A stretch of 64,000 nucleotides of DNA, from NCBI RefSeq assembly GCF_964194155.1, contig NC_135902.1:49476001-49540000 (forward strand). The letters run 5' to 3'. This DNA comes from Cetorhinus maximus. Taxonomy: Eukaryota. Shown piece by piece: positions 37,736 through 50,598 of the stretch (position 1 is its first letter; every line of letters begins with the position of its first letter). The position numbers were made by a program, and so were the translations under genes. Under the pieces are notes generated by a model. The model saw only the letters and a list, made by a program, of their open reading frames with translations, had not been told where the DNA came from and did no database searches.

Positions 37736-40207
37736 CAGTGGGGCTTCACTAAGTCTTCTTTCACCAGGGAATTTGGAGAGCTTGGCTGAAGCCTCAGTGG
37801 TCAGTTACTATCACTCATTATGTCCCGTGCCTGTTCAGAAGCACTACACTTTCCTCATAAAACCCAGCCCCAGGTTGGAAGGAACACAGTTTAGGTAACT
37901 TAATCACCTTGTGAACTAAATTCATTTTATTTTAAAACTGCATTGCGTGCAGCCTGAGATAACGAATGTTATTTTATGCTATTTGAAATCCACAGTAGGA
38001 AAAAACTAAAAGTTTATTTGACCCCTTTCACATTAAAATCAATTATGTCAAGATGGCCTTTAGGAAACCTTGGTGTGATGTTACTATAGATCAGTAACAC
38101 TGAATGCAAATGCAAACGTCAATAGTGTCTGCTGCTTCCTGGCCAAGGCCCATAAGCTGAAGTGGCTCAGATAAAGTAATGGACTGGTGAGTACACAAAT
38201 AACATTTTTACAAAGTACATTAAAAACAAATTTATATATATTTATGTTGATCTATAATGAATAAACTTTAATCATTATATATTGAATGTTACTATGCTGC
38301 TTTATTGCTGTTTTCTTTGACATCTGCGGTCAAGTTAATTTTCAAGTGTTAAAATGGAAAACATTGGAAAATAGATTGGGATGCACGGACTTAGGCATTT
38401 GCTCTAAAATTTCCAAACTCAGTACAGTAAGAGTGCCAAAGCAAACGTGGTGTCTCCTTAAGGTGCATTCACACTCAGGCACCTTGTTCAGCTTTCAACT
38501 ACTGGAAACAGTTTACTTCTATCTAACCTGTCCATTACAAAGTTGCAGATTATGAATTCCACAGCAAACATTGGCATTAGTGCAAAGCAAAACAGTTTCA
38601 CATGAATAGTGCATTCTTAGCATAAATGCAGCCTGAATTTGGAATCAGGGCCAACAGTTCAATTCAGACCCTGACACCCAATTAAGACTTCATAGTTCAA
38701 CATTGGTGACACGTTGACACTGCTTTGCACCAACGCTAAACTTGCAGAGTGGAAGCATCATAAATTAACATAAATATGCAAACAGAATTCTTTCCAGCTG
38801 TTAGCACACTTGAGAAAATCCTCCACTTTCCACTTGATATTCCTTTAATTGGGGGGAAGAAAAGTGGGATTTTGTGAGGGAGAGCGTAGCCACAAATGTT
38901 CACTGTGGAATTGTTAATCTGCAACTTTACATGGGGCAGGGTAGACAGAAGCAAACTGTTTCCGGTAATTGAGGGGTCCACAACAAAGGTGCCATTGATA
39001 ATGAATTAAATGCAGAAGATTTGGAAAAGGACAGAACAAACTTCCAATCACAGTTTAGAGGTTGTAAAATTCACTTCTAGGGTTAGTGGTTGAGGCAGTA
39101 ACTATATTAACTTTCAAGGTTAAATTGGGCAGATGGATGAAGGAAAATGAAGATTAAGCGATACAAGTATATAGTGTAATTAGGACTATTCGCTCACTGG
39201 ATATTTACAGGCAACTTATAATAAAACTTGTATCCCTCTGCAGACCTGCTCTACGCTTGTATTCCCCACTGTCTTTATCTGATCTTCAAAAAGGTTTGTC
39301 TGGAGCATCATGAGCTTAACAGCAGTACCTCTTCTAATATAGACAACTGCAGGAAATCAGGACTAAATTGCAGGAAATCAGGATTAAATTTTGCCTTGTC
39401 AATACCTTAATATGTACAAAGGCACCAATGATTTAAAAAAAAAGCATTTTCACTTCTTTGCAATTGAATTATGTTAAAGGATTCACCTCAGTCTGTTTGG
39501 GGAAGAGAAGCTAAGGAGAGAAATTTCTGATCTATTGATGATCTGGATGGTCACAAAACATTTGAGCACTAAACAGGTCAAAACTTTGATAAATAATTGC
39601 ACCTGGAGAGAACTGATTATTTCAATCCCAACACCACAAGACAATGTGCGGCAGAAAACTTGGCACTATTTTAACCTGTTACAAAGTAATGTTTTGTTTT
39701 TGTTAGAAAAGTCCATAAACATATTGAGGAGAGTTTACATAAACATATTCTGTGAAGGATAATTAAATAGACTCAGTTACTCACTTATTTCCAGACTGGT
39801 CTTTTTTGTACAGTGAATGTTTGCTTCAAAAGAATACCTGGGTCTGTAGTGACCATCTAACATTAATTATGAAGAGTCACAAATCAACAAATCTGAAAAA
39901 AAAAAATCAACAGGTTCCTGCTCTTGATTACTATCCAACAACTGCTGCTGGAAGCTCATGGATTTTGGGTGAGACACACTTGAGCTCAAGTGCCATATCA
40001 GTGAAGACAAATAGCCTGCCAACATCAATGTCGAGACTTGCCTCTGAAAAATGGAAAACATCAGAGGATGGTGAACACCCATGTAATGACTGCCCACAAA
40101 GTTGTTGACCAGGTTAAGAGCAATGGGAAGGATAAAAGAATTTGTGAAAAAAAAGGAAGAAAAACATTTTGTAGTGCGATTATAGACGCCTTTAAGCTTT
40201 TCCGTTG

Positions 40208-40987
40208 CAACAATCGTCCTGGGATTCACCTACAACAATCGTCCTGGGATTCACCTACAACAATCGTCCTGGGATTCACCTACAACAATCGTCCTGGGAT
40301 TCACCTACAACAATCGTCCTGGGATTCACCTACAACAATCGTCCTGGGATTCACCTACAACAATCGTCCTGGGATTCACCTACAACAATCGTCCTGGGAT
40401 TCACCTACAACAATCGTCCTGGGATTCACCTACAACAATCGTCCTGGGATTCACCTACAACAATCGTCCTGGGATTCACCTACAACAATCGTCCTGGGAT
40501 TCACCTACAACAATCGTCCTGGGATTCACCTACAACAATCGTCCTGGGATTCACCTACAACAATCGTCCTGGGATTCACCTACAACAATCGTCCTGGGAT
40601 TCACCTACAACAATCGTCCTGGGATTCACCTACAACAATCGTCCTGGGATTCACCTACAACAATCGTCCTGGGATTCACCTACAACAATCGTCCTGGGAT
40701 TCACCTACAACAATCGTCCTGGGATTCACCTACAACAATCGTCCTGGGATTCACCTACAACAATCGTCCTGGGATTCACCTACAACAATCGTCCTGGGAT
40801 TCACCTACAACAATCGTCCTGGGATTCACCTACAACAATCGTCCTGGGATTCACCTACAACAATCGTCCTGGGATTCACCTACAACAATCGTCCTGGGAT
40901 TCACCTACAACAATCGTCCTGGGATTCACCTACAACAATCGTCCTGGGATTCACCTACAACAATCGTCCTGGGATTCACCTACAACA
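40208..40987. repeat. perfect minisatellite, 25-bp unit x 31 plus 5 bp
   Basis: Unit caacaatcgtcctgggattcaccta; no variant unit seen. Confidence 0.98.
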
Positions 40988-41704
40988 GACAAAAATAACA
41001 GCCAAAGATCAAATTAACTCCAACTGGACAGGTTTCAATAAATCTGAATTATGTCTTGGTTTCAAATGACAGCCTCATTTTGCTTTTGGTACTAAGTAAC
41101 ATATATTGTTCAGCCTGAGATTTATTTTGACGGTAAGAGTGGTCGTGGCTAGGTTGTTGAACAGCTATCCAAATGGTGCCACTAAAATGTTCCATACCTA
41201 AGCTGCCAATACTATATACTGGCTTCAGTACTGGAAAAGTGAAACAATTTCCACTTCAGCAATTATCGGTCCTCACAAAGAGCAGCCCAATCAATACATT
41301 TTACATAAATCAATTTAAACCAAAGATATGGCATTAATTCAAATGGAGTCTTTTATTGAAAAATATTAATATATCAGCAACCCCAAGCAATTATTTTTTA
41401 AGCTAACAGTTTAAATCACTTAGAAGTTTAAAACTTTACTGCACAGCATAAAGAACCAACTAAAACTGCATTATTCCACAGGATGTTGATGTTGAGTAGA
41501 GAATACAAAGAACCTGACAAATTCAGTCAATGATACCAGCAGAGAATAGACCATCGAGCAGCACAAAAGCGACTTAAAAGTACGTACTCAAAAACTGTAA
41601 GCCTTTGAGCATTTTAGTAAAGAATTATTTCATTCCCAGGGTTTAAAATGCTACAGTTGTCAATTACTTAGGTTGGGAGGATGCAATTACCATAAGTTAC
41701 AGCA

Positions 41705-42055
41705 TATAAGTCACAAGAACTAGGAGCAGGCCATTCGGCCCCTCGAGCCTGGTCTGCCATTTGACAAGAACATGCCTGATTGCATTGTGGCCTTAATTCC
41801 ACTTTCCTGTCTGCCCCCCCATAACCCTTGACTCCCTTGTCAATCAAAATCTAACTAACTCAGTCTTGAATATATTCAATGATCCAGCCTCCGCTGCTCT
41901 CTGGGGAACAGAATTCCACAGACCAACAATCCTCCAAGAGAAAAAATTTCTCATCACCATCTTAAATGGGAGACCTCTAATTTTTAAATGGACTCCCCCA
42001 CAAGGGGAATCTTGACAGTATCTGCCCTGTCACGTCTCCTCAGAATCTCATTTGT
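41705..42055 (-). mobile_element. CR1 3' end
   Basis: ggccattcggcccctcgagcctg...tcttgaatatattcaatga, like 8218-8500. Confidence 0.85.
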
Positions 42056-42061
42056 TACAAG

Positions 42062-42422
42062 TCAACCCGGCATATAAGATAGCCCCATTTTTCCTCCTTC
42101 ATAAATCATGATTTTTGTACATACTTACATATGTACTGGGAATAAAATCGAACCCCCTTTTTTGCTGCGCTCTCTTTAATAGTCAGTCTCAATTTTTCAT
42201 GGGTGCAAGGAATCACGCAGACAATATGGACTGCATTACAAAGATGCTGGGGAGTTTAAAACATGCCCACTCTGTTGTCAGATGCCAATGACGTTTCAAA
42301 ATGGCAACCACCCACACCCAAGCCATCAATTCACTTCTCACTTGGCGCACAAGTCAAACCTCATTTTTGGAGGAATATTGAGGCATCAAAGGTTGACTTA
42401 TATGCTGACATCATCAACAGTA
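42062..42422. mobile_element. possible decayed pogo/Tc1-type MITE
   Basis: Inverted subterminal motifs gcatataag (42070) / cttatatgc (42397). Confidence 0.35.
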
Positions 42423-43102
42423 CATAAAAGAACAAATGTTGAGGAATAAGTCAAAAAGCAGTAATCCAATTGTTGAAGCTATATCATGTCAAAATTGCAA
42501 GTTATCAAACAATCTCAAGATTTGATTACTGCTTCAAAATCAGTTTTTTTTTAAAAAACTTTGACAATACAGTCTGTTAATTTTAGAGCAGTTTAATTCA
42601 ATTTGTGGCCTGATTTAAGCCAATAACAGCTAATACTCCAGACTGTCAGCGTATTCCATGTCATAAAAACACAAACATACTCAAGATGAATGATTATTTA
42701 TTGGGACACCATTACTGCATGTCTATCAAGAAAAAAATTTACCTTTGAGTGCAAATTCTATGCTCAGTATATATTTTACATTTTGAATAAGCAAATTGTC
42801 AAGCATGTTCTAATATTTAGCCTTTGTCGGTCCACACTTTTGACTGCTCGGTGGGTTATTTGATGGGCAAAGCCTGGCATATGCAGAGGCACTGGGGCAC
42901 ACAGAGGACTGGAGGGTATTAGGCACATACTGTATTAATTCGGGGTTACAGAGAGCAATTAAATTCAGACAGTGCGAAACAACCCAACTGTAATATTTTA
43001 TCTATTTCAAATAATGTTATTGACTTTTTCTGGCTGGTCAAACACCCTGCAGCTGACAGGCTGGGCATGCAGATGCTTGGGGGGGGGGGGGGGGAAGAGA
43101 AA

Positions 43103-43500
43103 AAGATTTGCATCTGTATAGGACCGCTCACCAGACTTCCCAAAGCCCTTCACAGCCAATGAAGTGCTTCTGAAGTGTAATCACCATTGTAGTGCAGGAA
43201 ACGTAGCAGCCAACTTTGTGCACAGCAAGTTCCCACAACAGAAGTGCAATAATGGCCAGGTAATTTGTTTTTTTGTGATGCTGAATGAGGATCAATATTG
43301 GCTACAAAATAGTGTCACGGGATGTTTTGTGTCCATCTATGACAATAGACAGGGCCTCAAGTTTATCACCTCATCTGAAAGACAGGCACCTCTGACAGTG
43401 CAGCGGAGTGCTCAGTACTGCACATCAGCCTATACTGTCGTGCTCAAGTCCCAGAGCAGGATTTCAATCCACAATTTGTTACCCACTGAGTCATGGCTGA
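43103..43500 (-). mobile_element. near full-length DeuSINE
   Basis: Minus strand: tRNA-like head tcagccatgactcagtgggta, Deu-like core (gatgaggtgataaacttgaggccctgtct), L2-type tail. Confidence 0.7.
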
Positions 43501-44414
43501 CAAAGGAGAAAAACTGGCAAACTGCATGCCCTTCTTCTTTAAATAGTGCACCGAAGCTTATACATTACCTGAAGTACTGGAAGTAAAACTCAGTTTTAAA
43601 AGTAGAGTCTAAGTAAAACTGAAGTAAGCTCAGTCTTGGTTTGAAGCCTCTACTGAAAGAATGCACCTATGACAATGCAAGACTGAACTGCAGGCCTAGA
43701 GTATGTGCTCAAGGCTTGGCAGCAGGGCTTGAACCCATAAAAGCAATTAAATACCATTTCTGGAATACTGCATTTCACTTAATATTCATAATGGACTTGA
43801 AGTGCAAATGTCTCGGACAATTCTGCAGTTATTTTCCAGTAACTGGTTGCTTGAATCAAATGCTTCCCCATCGAGCGTTTAATCAGTAAAGTGATTTAAT
43901 GTCATGTGGAAGTCAACTTTTCATTTCCCTAGTGTGGAAGACATTTTTTTGGAAAGAAGAATGAGATGACATTCCCAAAATATCTCGCCACCATGGTCAT
44001 AAAACACACGATAGTGTCATTTGTTTAATTCATGCTTGACTGAATGCCTTATTTCCAGCCAACGTGGCTAAATTTTCAAAAAAAATATCCAGGTTAATTT
44101 AAAGAATATTTTCTGCCCAGTTTAAACATTGATTAGACTGCTTGCCAGATGGAAAGTACACTTCAACCATAGCAGAACTTACTGTTATAAAAACAAAAAG
44201 ACCTGGATTGTGTGTGTCAAAGACAATGGAATCTCATGGCCTCCCATCTCTAGAAAGTAGGTCAGATTGCAAAGACAAAGACATACTTCTTTTCTTTCTT
44301 AAAAATAAGCTCATATTTTCACCTTTATTACCTTAATTTTTCTTTTCACATTACATATTCATCTGCCAACCTCTCATTTCCCCAAATCTAGGGTTGATCC
44401 GTTGATCTTTAATA

Positions 44415-45438
44415 AAAAGTATCAGTTTCCCCATATATGCTGGTGACAGCGAGCTCTACCTCATCATCATCTCTCTCAACTCCTCCACTCTGACTGCTCA
44501 TCAGACATCTGGCATTGGACAAGCAGAAATTTTCTCCCTTAAATATTGGGAAGACAGAAGCCGTTCTCTTCAGTCTCCAGCCACCAACTCCATCCCTCTC
44601 CTTGGCAAGTGCCTGAAGCTTAACTGGACTGTTTGCAACCTTAGTGTCAAATCTGACCCCAAGATCTCTGGATACATATCCATGTCCTCACCAAGGCCAT
44701 CTATTTACAACTCCGCAACATGGCCCCACTCTACCCCTGCCGCAGCTTAGTTCCTGCCAGACCCTCATCCCTGCCTTTGTTATTTCTAGACCTAATTACT
44801 CGAACAGATTCCTAGCTGGCCTCCCACTTTCTTCCCTTGGTAAATTTTTTAAAACTTTATTCAAAGGGTACAAGTGTTGTAGGTAGCGTCAACATTTGTT
44901 GTCCATCTCTAATTGCCTTTGACGTGGTGGCGTTGGGCCACCTCCTTGAACTGCTGTAGACCACGTGGTGTAGGTACACCTATAGTGTTGTTAAGAAGGG
45001 TGTTCCAGGTTTTTGACACAGCGATAATGAAGAAGCAGTGATATAGCTCCAAGTCAGGATGGTGTGCAGCTTGGAAGGGAATTTGCAGGAACTGGTGATT
45101 CCATGCATCTACTGCTCTTGTCCTTCTAAATGGTAGAGGTTGAAAGAGGTTTGGTAAGTTCTTGCAGTGTATCTTGCAAATAGTACACAGTCATCCTTGT
45201 GCACTGGTGGTGGGGGAAAATAAATGTTTACGGTGCTGGGTGGGTGCTGATCAAGCAAAGCTTGTCCTGGGTAGGGCTGACCTTTAAGTGTTGTTGAAGC
45301 TGCACTATCCAAGCAAGTGGAGAGTATTCCATCACACTCCTGACATGCACCTTGTAGATGATGGACAGGCTTTCAGGAGTCAGGAGGTAAGTCACTTGCC
45401 ACAGAATTCCCAGTCTCTGACCTGCTCTTGTAGCCACA

Positions 45439-45483
<45 letters not shown>

Positions 45484-46215
45484 GTTGGTCCAGTTAAGTT
45501 TCTGGTCAACACTAGCTCCCAGGATATTGATGGTGGGGGATTCAATGATGGTAATGTTGTTGAACATCAAGGGGAGGTGGTTAGATTCACTCTTGTTGGA
45601 GATGGTTATTGCCAGACACTTGTACGGCATGAATGCAACTTACCACTTATCAGCCAAATGTCTGGGCCCTGCTGCATGCAGCACAGGCTGCTTCAGTACC
45701 TGAGGACTTGCAAATAGTATCAAAAGCTGTGCAATCATCATGTTCACTGCTGGTCTTATAACGGAAGGAAGGTTATGAGCACCACGTTCCATTCACCCAT
45801 CACCTATGCTCACTGACCTATATCAGTTTCTGGTTAAGCAATGTCACAATTTTAAAATGATCACCCTTGTTTTCAAATCTCTCCATGTCTTCATCCCTCC
45901 CAATCTCTGCAATCGCCTTCAGTCCACAACTTTAAGATATCTGTGCTCATCTAATTCTGGCCTTTTGAGCATCCCTGATTTTCATCGCTCCACAGAGGTG
46001 GCTGTGTCTGGCTGCCAAAACCCTAAGCTCTGGAATTCCCTCCCTTCTACCTCCTTTACGAAGCTTCTTAAAGCCTATCTCTTTGGCCAATCTTTTAGCT
46101 ATTTGCCATAATATCTCTATATGTGCCTCGGTGTCAAGCTGTGTTTTATTAAGCTACAGTGAAATGCTTTGGGACATTTTACAAGGCTAACAATGCTACA
46201 TAAATACAAGTTGTG
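44415..46215 (+). mobile_element. L2 LINE (RT to 3' end) split by a CR1-type insertion
   Basis: YAGDSELYL (YADDTQLY-like) at ~44436; resumes near 45776 with ORF 45806-46111 (FKMITLVFKSLH...KLWNSLP). Confidence 0.8.
44845..45775 (-). mobile_element. CR1-type LINE (46441 family) nested in L2, with (TA)19 expansion at 45440-45478
   Basis: Minus ORF 45373-45630 ESPTINILGASVDQKLNW; sibling copies have only gtattta(t) at the TA site. Confidence 0.9.
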
Positions 46216-46440
46216 GTTTCTGGGAAAAAAAATAAACAAGCCGAGAAAACAGCTATCAGCTAGGACAAAACACAAGGATACAGTATGAGGACAAGAACTC
46301 AGTGCAGAAAATACAGACATCATAGTATACCAAATATACTCAAGAGCACAATATATGTGCTAGTAGCAGGTAGATTCCTGACTGGTGATGACAATTGTGA
46401 TACAGTACAGCAGAAAGCAGTACAGGTGCTTACACTAAGA

Positions 46441-49400
46441 GGAGGCAATGGCATATTGGTATTGCCACTGGGCAAGTAATCCAGAGACCTAGGGGAATGC
46501 TCTAGGGACTTGGGTTCAAATCCAATCATGTCACGGTGGAATTTGATTTCAATAAAAATCTGGAATTAAAAGTCTAACGATGACCATTGTCAATTGTTGT
46601 AAAAACCCATCTGGTTCAGTAATGTCCTTTAGAAAAGGAAATCTGCTGTCATTCCCTGGCCCACAACAATGTGGTTGACTCTTAAAATGCCCTCTGAAAT
46701 GGCTGAGCAAGCCACTCAGTTGTATCAAACTGCTACAAAGTCTCAAAAAAGAAATGAAACCGGACAGACCACCCAGCATCAACCTAGGCACCGGAAACAA
46801 CCTTGCAAAGTCCTCCTTACTAACATCTGGGGGCTACTGCCAAAATTGGGAGAGCAGTCTCAGTCTTGTCAAGTAGCAGCCTGACATAGTCATCCTCATG
46901 GAATCATATCTTACAGATAGTGGCAGAACACACCCAGCAGAGGTGGCAGCATAGTGGTATACAGTCAGGAGGGAGTTGCCCTGGGAGTCCTCAACATCAC
47001 ATCTGGACCCCATGAAGTCTCATGGCATCAGGTCAAACATGGGCAAGGAAACCTCCTGCTGATTACCATGTACCGCCCCCTTCAGCTGATGAATCAGTGC
47101 TCCTCCATGTTGAACACCGCTTGGAGGAAACACTGAGGGTGGCAAGGGCGCAGAATGTACTCTAGGTGGGGGACTTCAATGTCCATCACCAAGAGTTTCT
47201 CGGTAGCACCACTACTGACCAAGCTGGCCAAGTTCTAAAGGACATAGCTGCTAGACTGAGTCTGCAGCAGGTGGTGAGGGAACCAACAAGGAAAAACATA
47301 CTTGACCTCATCCTCACCAACCTGCCTGCCGAAGATGCATCTGTCCACAACGGCATCAGTAGGAGTGACCACTGCATAGTCCTGGAGACAAAGACCTGCC
47401 TTCACATTGAGGATACCCTCCATCATGTTGAGTGGCACTACCACCGTGCTAAATGGGATAAATTACGAACAGATCTAGCAACTCAAGACTCGGCATCCAC
47501 GAAGTGCTGTGGGCCATCAGCAGCAGCAGAATTGTACACAGAACACAATCTGTAACCTCATGGCCCGGCATATCCCCCACTTTACCATTACATCAAACCA
47601 GGGGATCAGACCTGGTTCAATGCAGTTGGGCATGCCAGGAGCAGCACCAGGCATACCTAAAAATGAGGTGTCAACCTGGTGAAGCTATAACACAGGACTA
47701 CTTGCGTGCCAAATAGCACAAGCAACAAGTGATAAACAGAGCTAAGCGATCCCACAACCAACAGATCAGATCTAAGCTCTGCAGTTCTGCCACATCCAAT
47801 CGTGAATGGTGGTGGACAATTAAGCAACTCACTGGAGGTGGCGGCTCCACAAATATCCTCATCCTCAATGATGGGGTAGCCCAGTACACCAGTGCAAAAT
47901 ACAAGGCTGAAGCATTTGCAACAATCTTCAGCCAGAAATGCCAAGTGGATGATCCATCTCGGCCTCCTCCGGAGGTCCCCAGCGTCAGTGCCAGATGCCA
48001 GTCTTCAGCCAATTCAAGTCACTCCACATGATATCAAGAAATGGCGAAGGCACTGGATACTGCAAAGACGATGGGCCCTGACAATATTCTAGCAATAGTA
48101 CTGAAGACTTGTGCTCCAGAACTTGCTGTGCCCTTAGCCAAGCTGTTCCAGTACAGCTACAACACTGGCATCTACCCAGCTAAGTGGAAAATTGCCCAGG
48201 TATGTCCTGTACACAAAAAGCATGACAAATCCAACCTTGGCCAATTACTGCCCCATCAGTCTACTCTCCATCATCAGTAAAGTAATGGAAGGGGGTCATC
48301 AACAGTGCTATCAGGCAGCATTTGCTTAGCAATAACCTGCTCACTGACACCCAGTTTGGGTTCCGCCAGGGCCACTCAGCTCCTGACCTCATTACAGCCT
48401 TGGTTCAAACATGGACAAAAGAGCTGAAGTCCTGAAGCAGTGTGAGAGTGACTGCCCTTGTCATCAAGGAGCCCTAGCAAAACTGGAGTCAATGGGAATC
48501 AGGAGAAGAACTCTCCAGTGGTTGGAGTCATACCTAGCACAAAGCAAGATGGTTGTGATTGTGGGAGGTGAACCATCTCAGTTCCAGAGCATCACTGCAG
48601 GAGTTCCTCAGGGTAGTGGCCTCGGCCCAACCATCTTCAGCAGCTTCATCAATGACCTTTCTTCCATCGGAAGGTCTGAAGTGGGGATGTTCGCTGATGA
48701 TTGCACAATGTTCAGCACCATTCATGACTCCTCAGATATTGAAGTAGTCCATGTCCAAATGCAGCAAGGCCTGGACAATATCCATGCTTGGGCTGACAAG
48801 TGGCAAGTAACATTCTTGCTACACAAGTTCCAGGCAATGACAATCTCCAGCAAGAGAATCTAACCATCGCCCCTTGACATTCAATGACAATACCATCACT
48901 GAATCCCCCACTATTAACATCCTGGGGGTTACCATTGACCAGAAACTGAACGGAACTAGCCATATAAATACTGTGGCTACAAGTGCAGGTCAAAGGCTAG
49001 GAATCCTGCGATGAGTAACCCACATCTTGACTCCCCAAAACCTGTCCACCATCTACAAGGCACAAGTCAGGAGTGTGAAAGAGTACTCCCCACTTGCCTG
49101 GATGAGTGCAGCTCCCACAACATTCAAGAAGCTCATCGCCATCCAGGACAAAGCATTGATTCGCTAATCCACTTGATTGGCACCATATCCAAACATTCAC
49201 TCCCTCCACCACCAACGCACAGTAGAAGCAGTGTGTACAATCTACAAGATGCACTGCAGAAACTCATCAAGGCTCCTTAGACAGCACCTTCCAAATCCAC
49301 GACCAGTGTCATCAAGAAGGACAAGGGCTGCAGATAGATGGGAAAGCCACCACCTGGAAGTTCCCCTCCAAGTCACTCACCACCCTAACTTGGAAATATA

Positions 49401-49595
49401 TCGCCGTTCCTTCACGGTCACTGGGTCAAAATCCTGGAACTCCATCCCTAACAGCACTGTGGGTGTACCTACACCACATGGACTGCAGCGGTTCAAGGCA
49501 GCAGCTCACCATCACCATCTCAAGGGCAACTAGGGACGGGCAATAAATGCTGGCCCAGCCAGCAAAGCCCACATCCCACAAATGAATAACAAAAA
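46441..49595 (+). mobile_element. near full-length single-ORF CR1-type LINE with tRNA-like head, decayed
   Basis: A/B-box-like TGGCATATTGG (46449) and GGTTCAAATCC (46513); APE TNIWGL, GDFNVHH, LDLIL, SDH; RT GPDNI, GVPQGSGLGP, FADD; tail ...cccacatcccacaaatgaat. Confidence 0.92.
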
Positions 49596-49639
49596 CTCAT
49601 TACGACACCAACATGCAAGTTATAGGAAAGCAGAATACC

Positions 49640-50055
49640 ATGGAATCAGGAAATCAGAGATAAAAATAGAAAATGCTGGAAATACTCTGCAGTTTATAGC
49701 ACATCTGTGAAGAGAAACACAGTTAATGTTTCAGGCTTGTGACCTTCCATCAGAACTGAGAAAAGTTAGAGGTTTTGAGCAAGGGGTAGGTGGGTGGGAT
49801 AAGGAACAAAAGAAAGGTCTATGATAGTGTGAAAGTCAGGAGAGATTGAATGACAGAAAAGTTAGTCTAACAGGGCCAAAGAGAATGACACGGGGCAAGA
49901 AAAGAAACAAAGAGACAAAAAACATGCCGGGAACAGGTGTGCTGCTGACAAGAAAAAAAATCTGAAACAAGCAAAGGAAACAAAATGGAGCAGAAATGAT
50001 GGCCTGAAATTGTTGAACTCAATGTTGAGTCTGGAATGCTGTAATGTGCCTAATC
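49640..50055 (-). mobile_element. Penelope-like element 3' end (GIY-YIG C-terminus + 3' region, family A)
   Basis: Minus translation from 50053 LGTLQHSRLNIEFNNFR fits the PLE endonuclease motif L.TL.P.GLN; hammerhead-like cagtt-CTGATGG..GAAA-catt-aactg at 49720-49758. Confidence 0.8.
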
Positions 50056-50056
50056 T

Positions 50057-50598
50057 GTACTGTGTACAGTTTTAGTCTCTTTACTTAAGGAGGGGTTATA
50101 CTTGCATTGGAAGCAGTTCAGAGAAGAAGGTTCATTAGGCTGATTCCTGGGATGAAAGGGACAACTCAAGGAAAGTTTGAGAAGGTTGGACCAATACACA
50201 TTGAAGTTTAGAAGAATAACAGATGATCTTATTGAAAGATTCAAAATTCTGTTGGGGCTTGACAGGGTAGATCCTGGGAGGATGTTTCCTCTCATGAGCG
50301 AATCTAGAACTGGGGGCACAGTTTAAAAATAAGGGATCTCCCATTTAAGACAGAGATGAGGAAGAACTTCTTCTCTGAGGGTCGTTAATCTTTGGAGTTT
50401 TCTTGAACAGAGAGTAGTGGAGGCTGGGTCATTGAATATTTTCAAGACTGAGTTAGACAGACTTTTGATCGACAAGGGAGCAAGGGTTATGGGGGACTGG
50501 CAGGAAAAGGGAGTTAAAGCCACTATTAGTTCAGCCATGATCTTATTGAATGGTACAGCAGGCTTGAGGGACCTAATGACCTATTTCTCATGATCTTG
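50057..50598 (+). mobile_element. CR1 3' portion
   Basis: tactgtgtacagtttt...gagatgaggaagaacttcttc...cagccatgatcttattgaatgg. Confidence 0.9.

Noticed and set aside
40208-40987. CRISPR-like array
   Set aside because: Units are contiguous with no spacers, there are no cas genes, and the context is eukaryotic.
40038-41069. 343-aa and 270-aa ORFs as repeat-protein genes
   Set aside because: Openness follows from a stop-free 25-bp unit cycling through all frames; no other coding evidence.
46441-46530. tRNA gene
   Set aside because: A/B-box-like motifs are present but there is no cloverleaf; it is a retroelement head.
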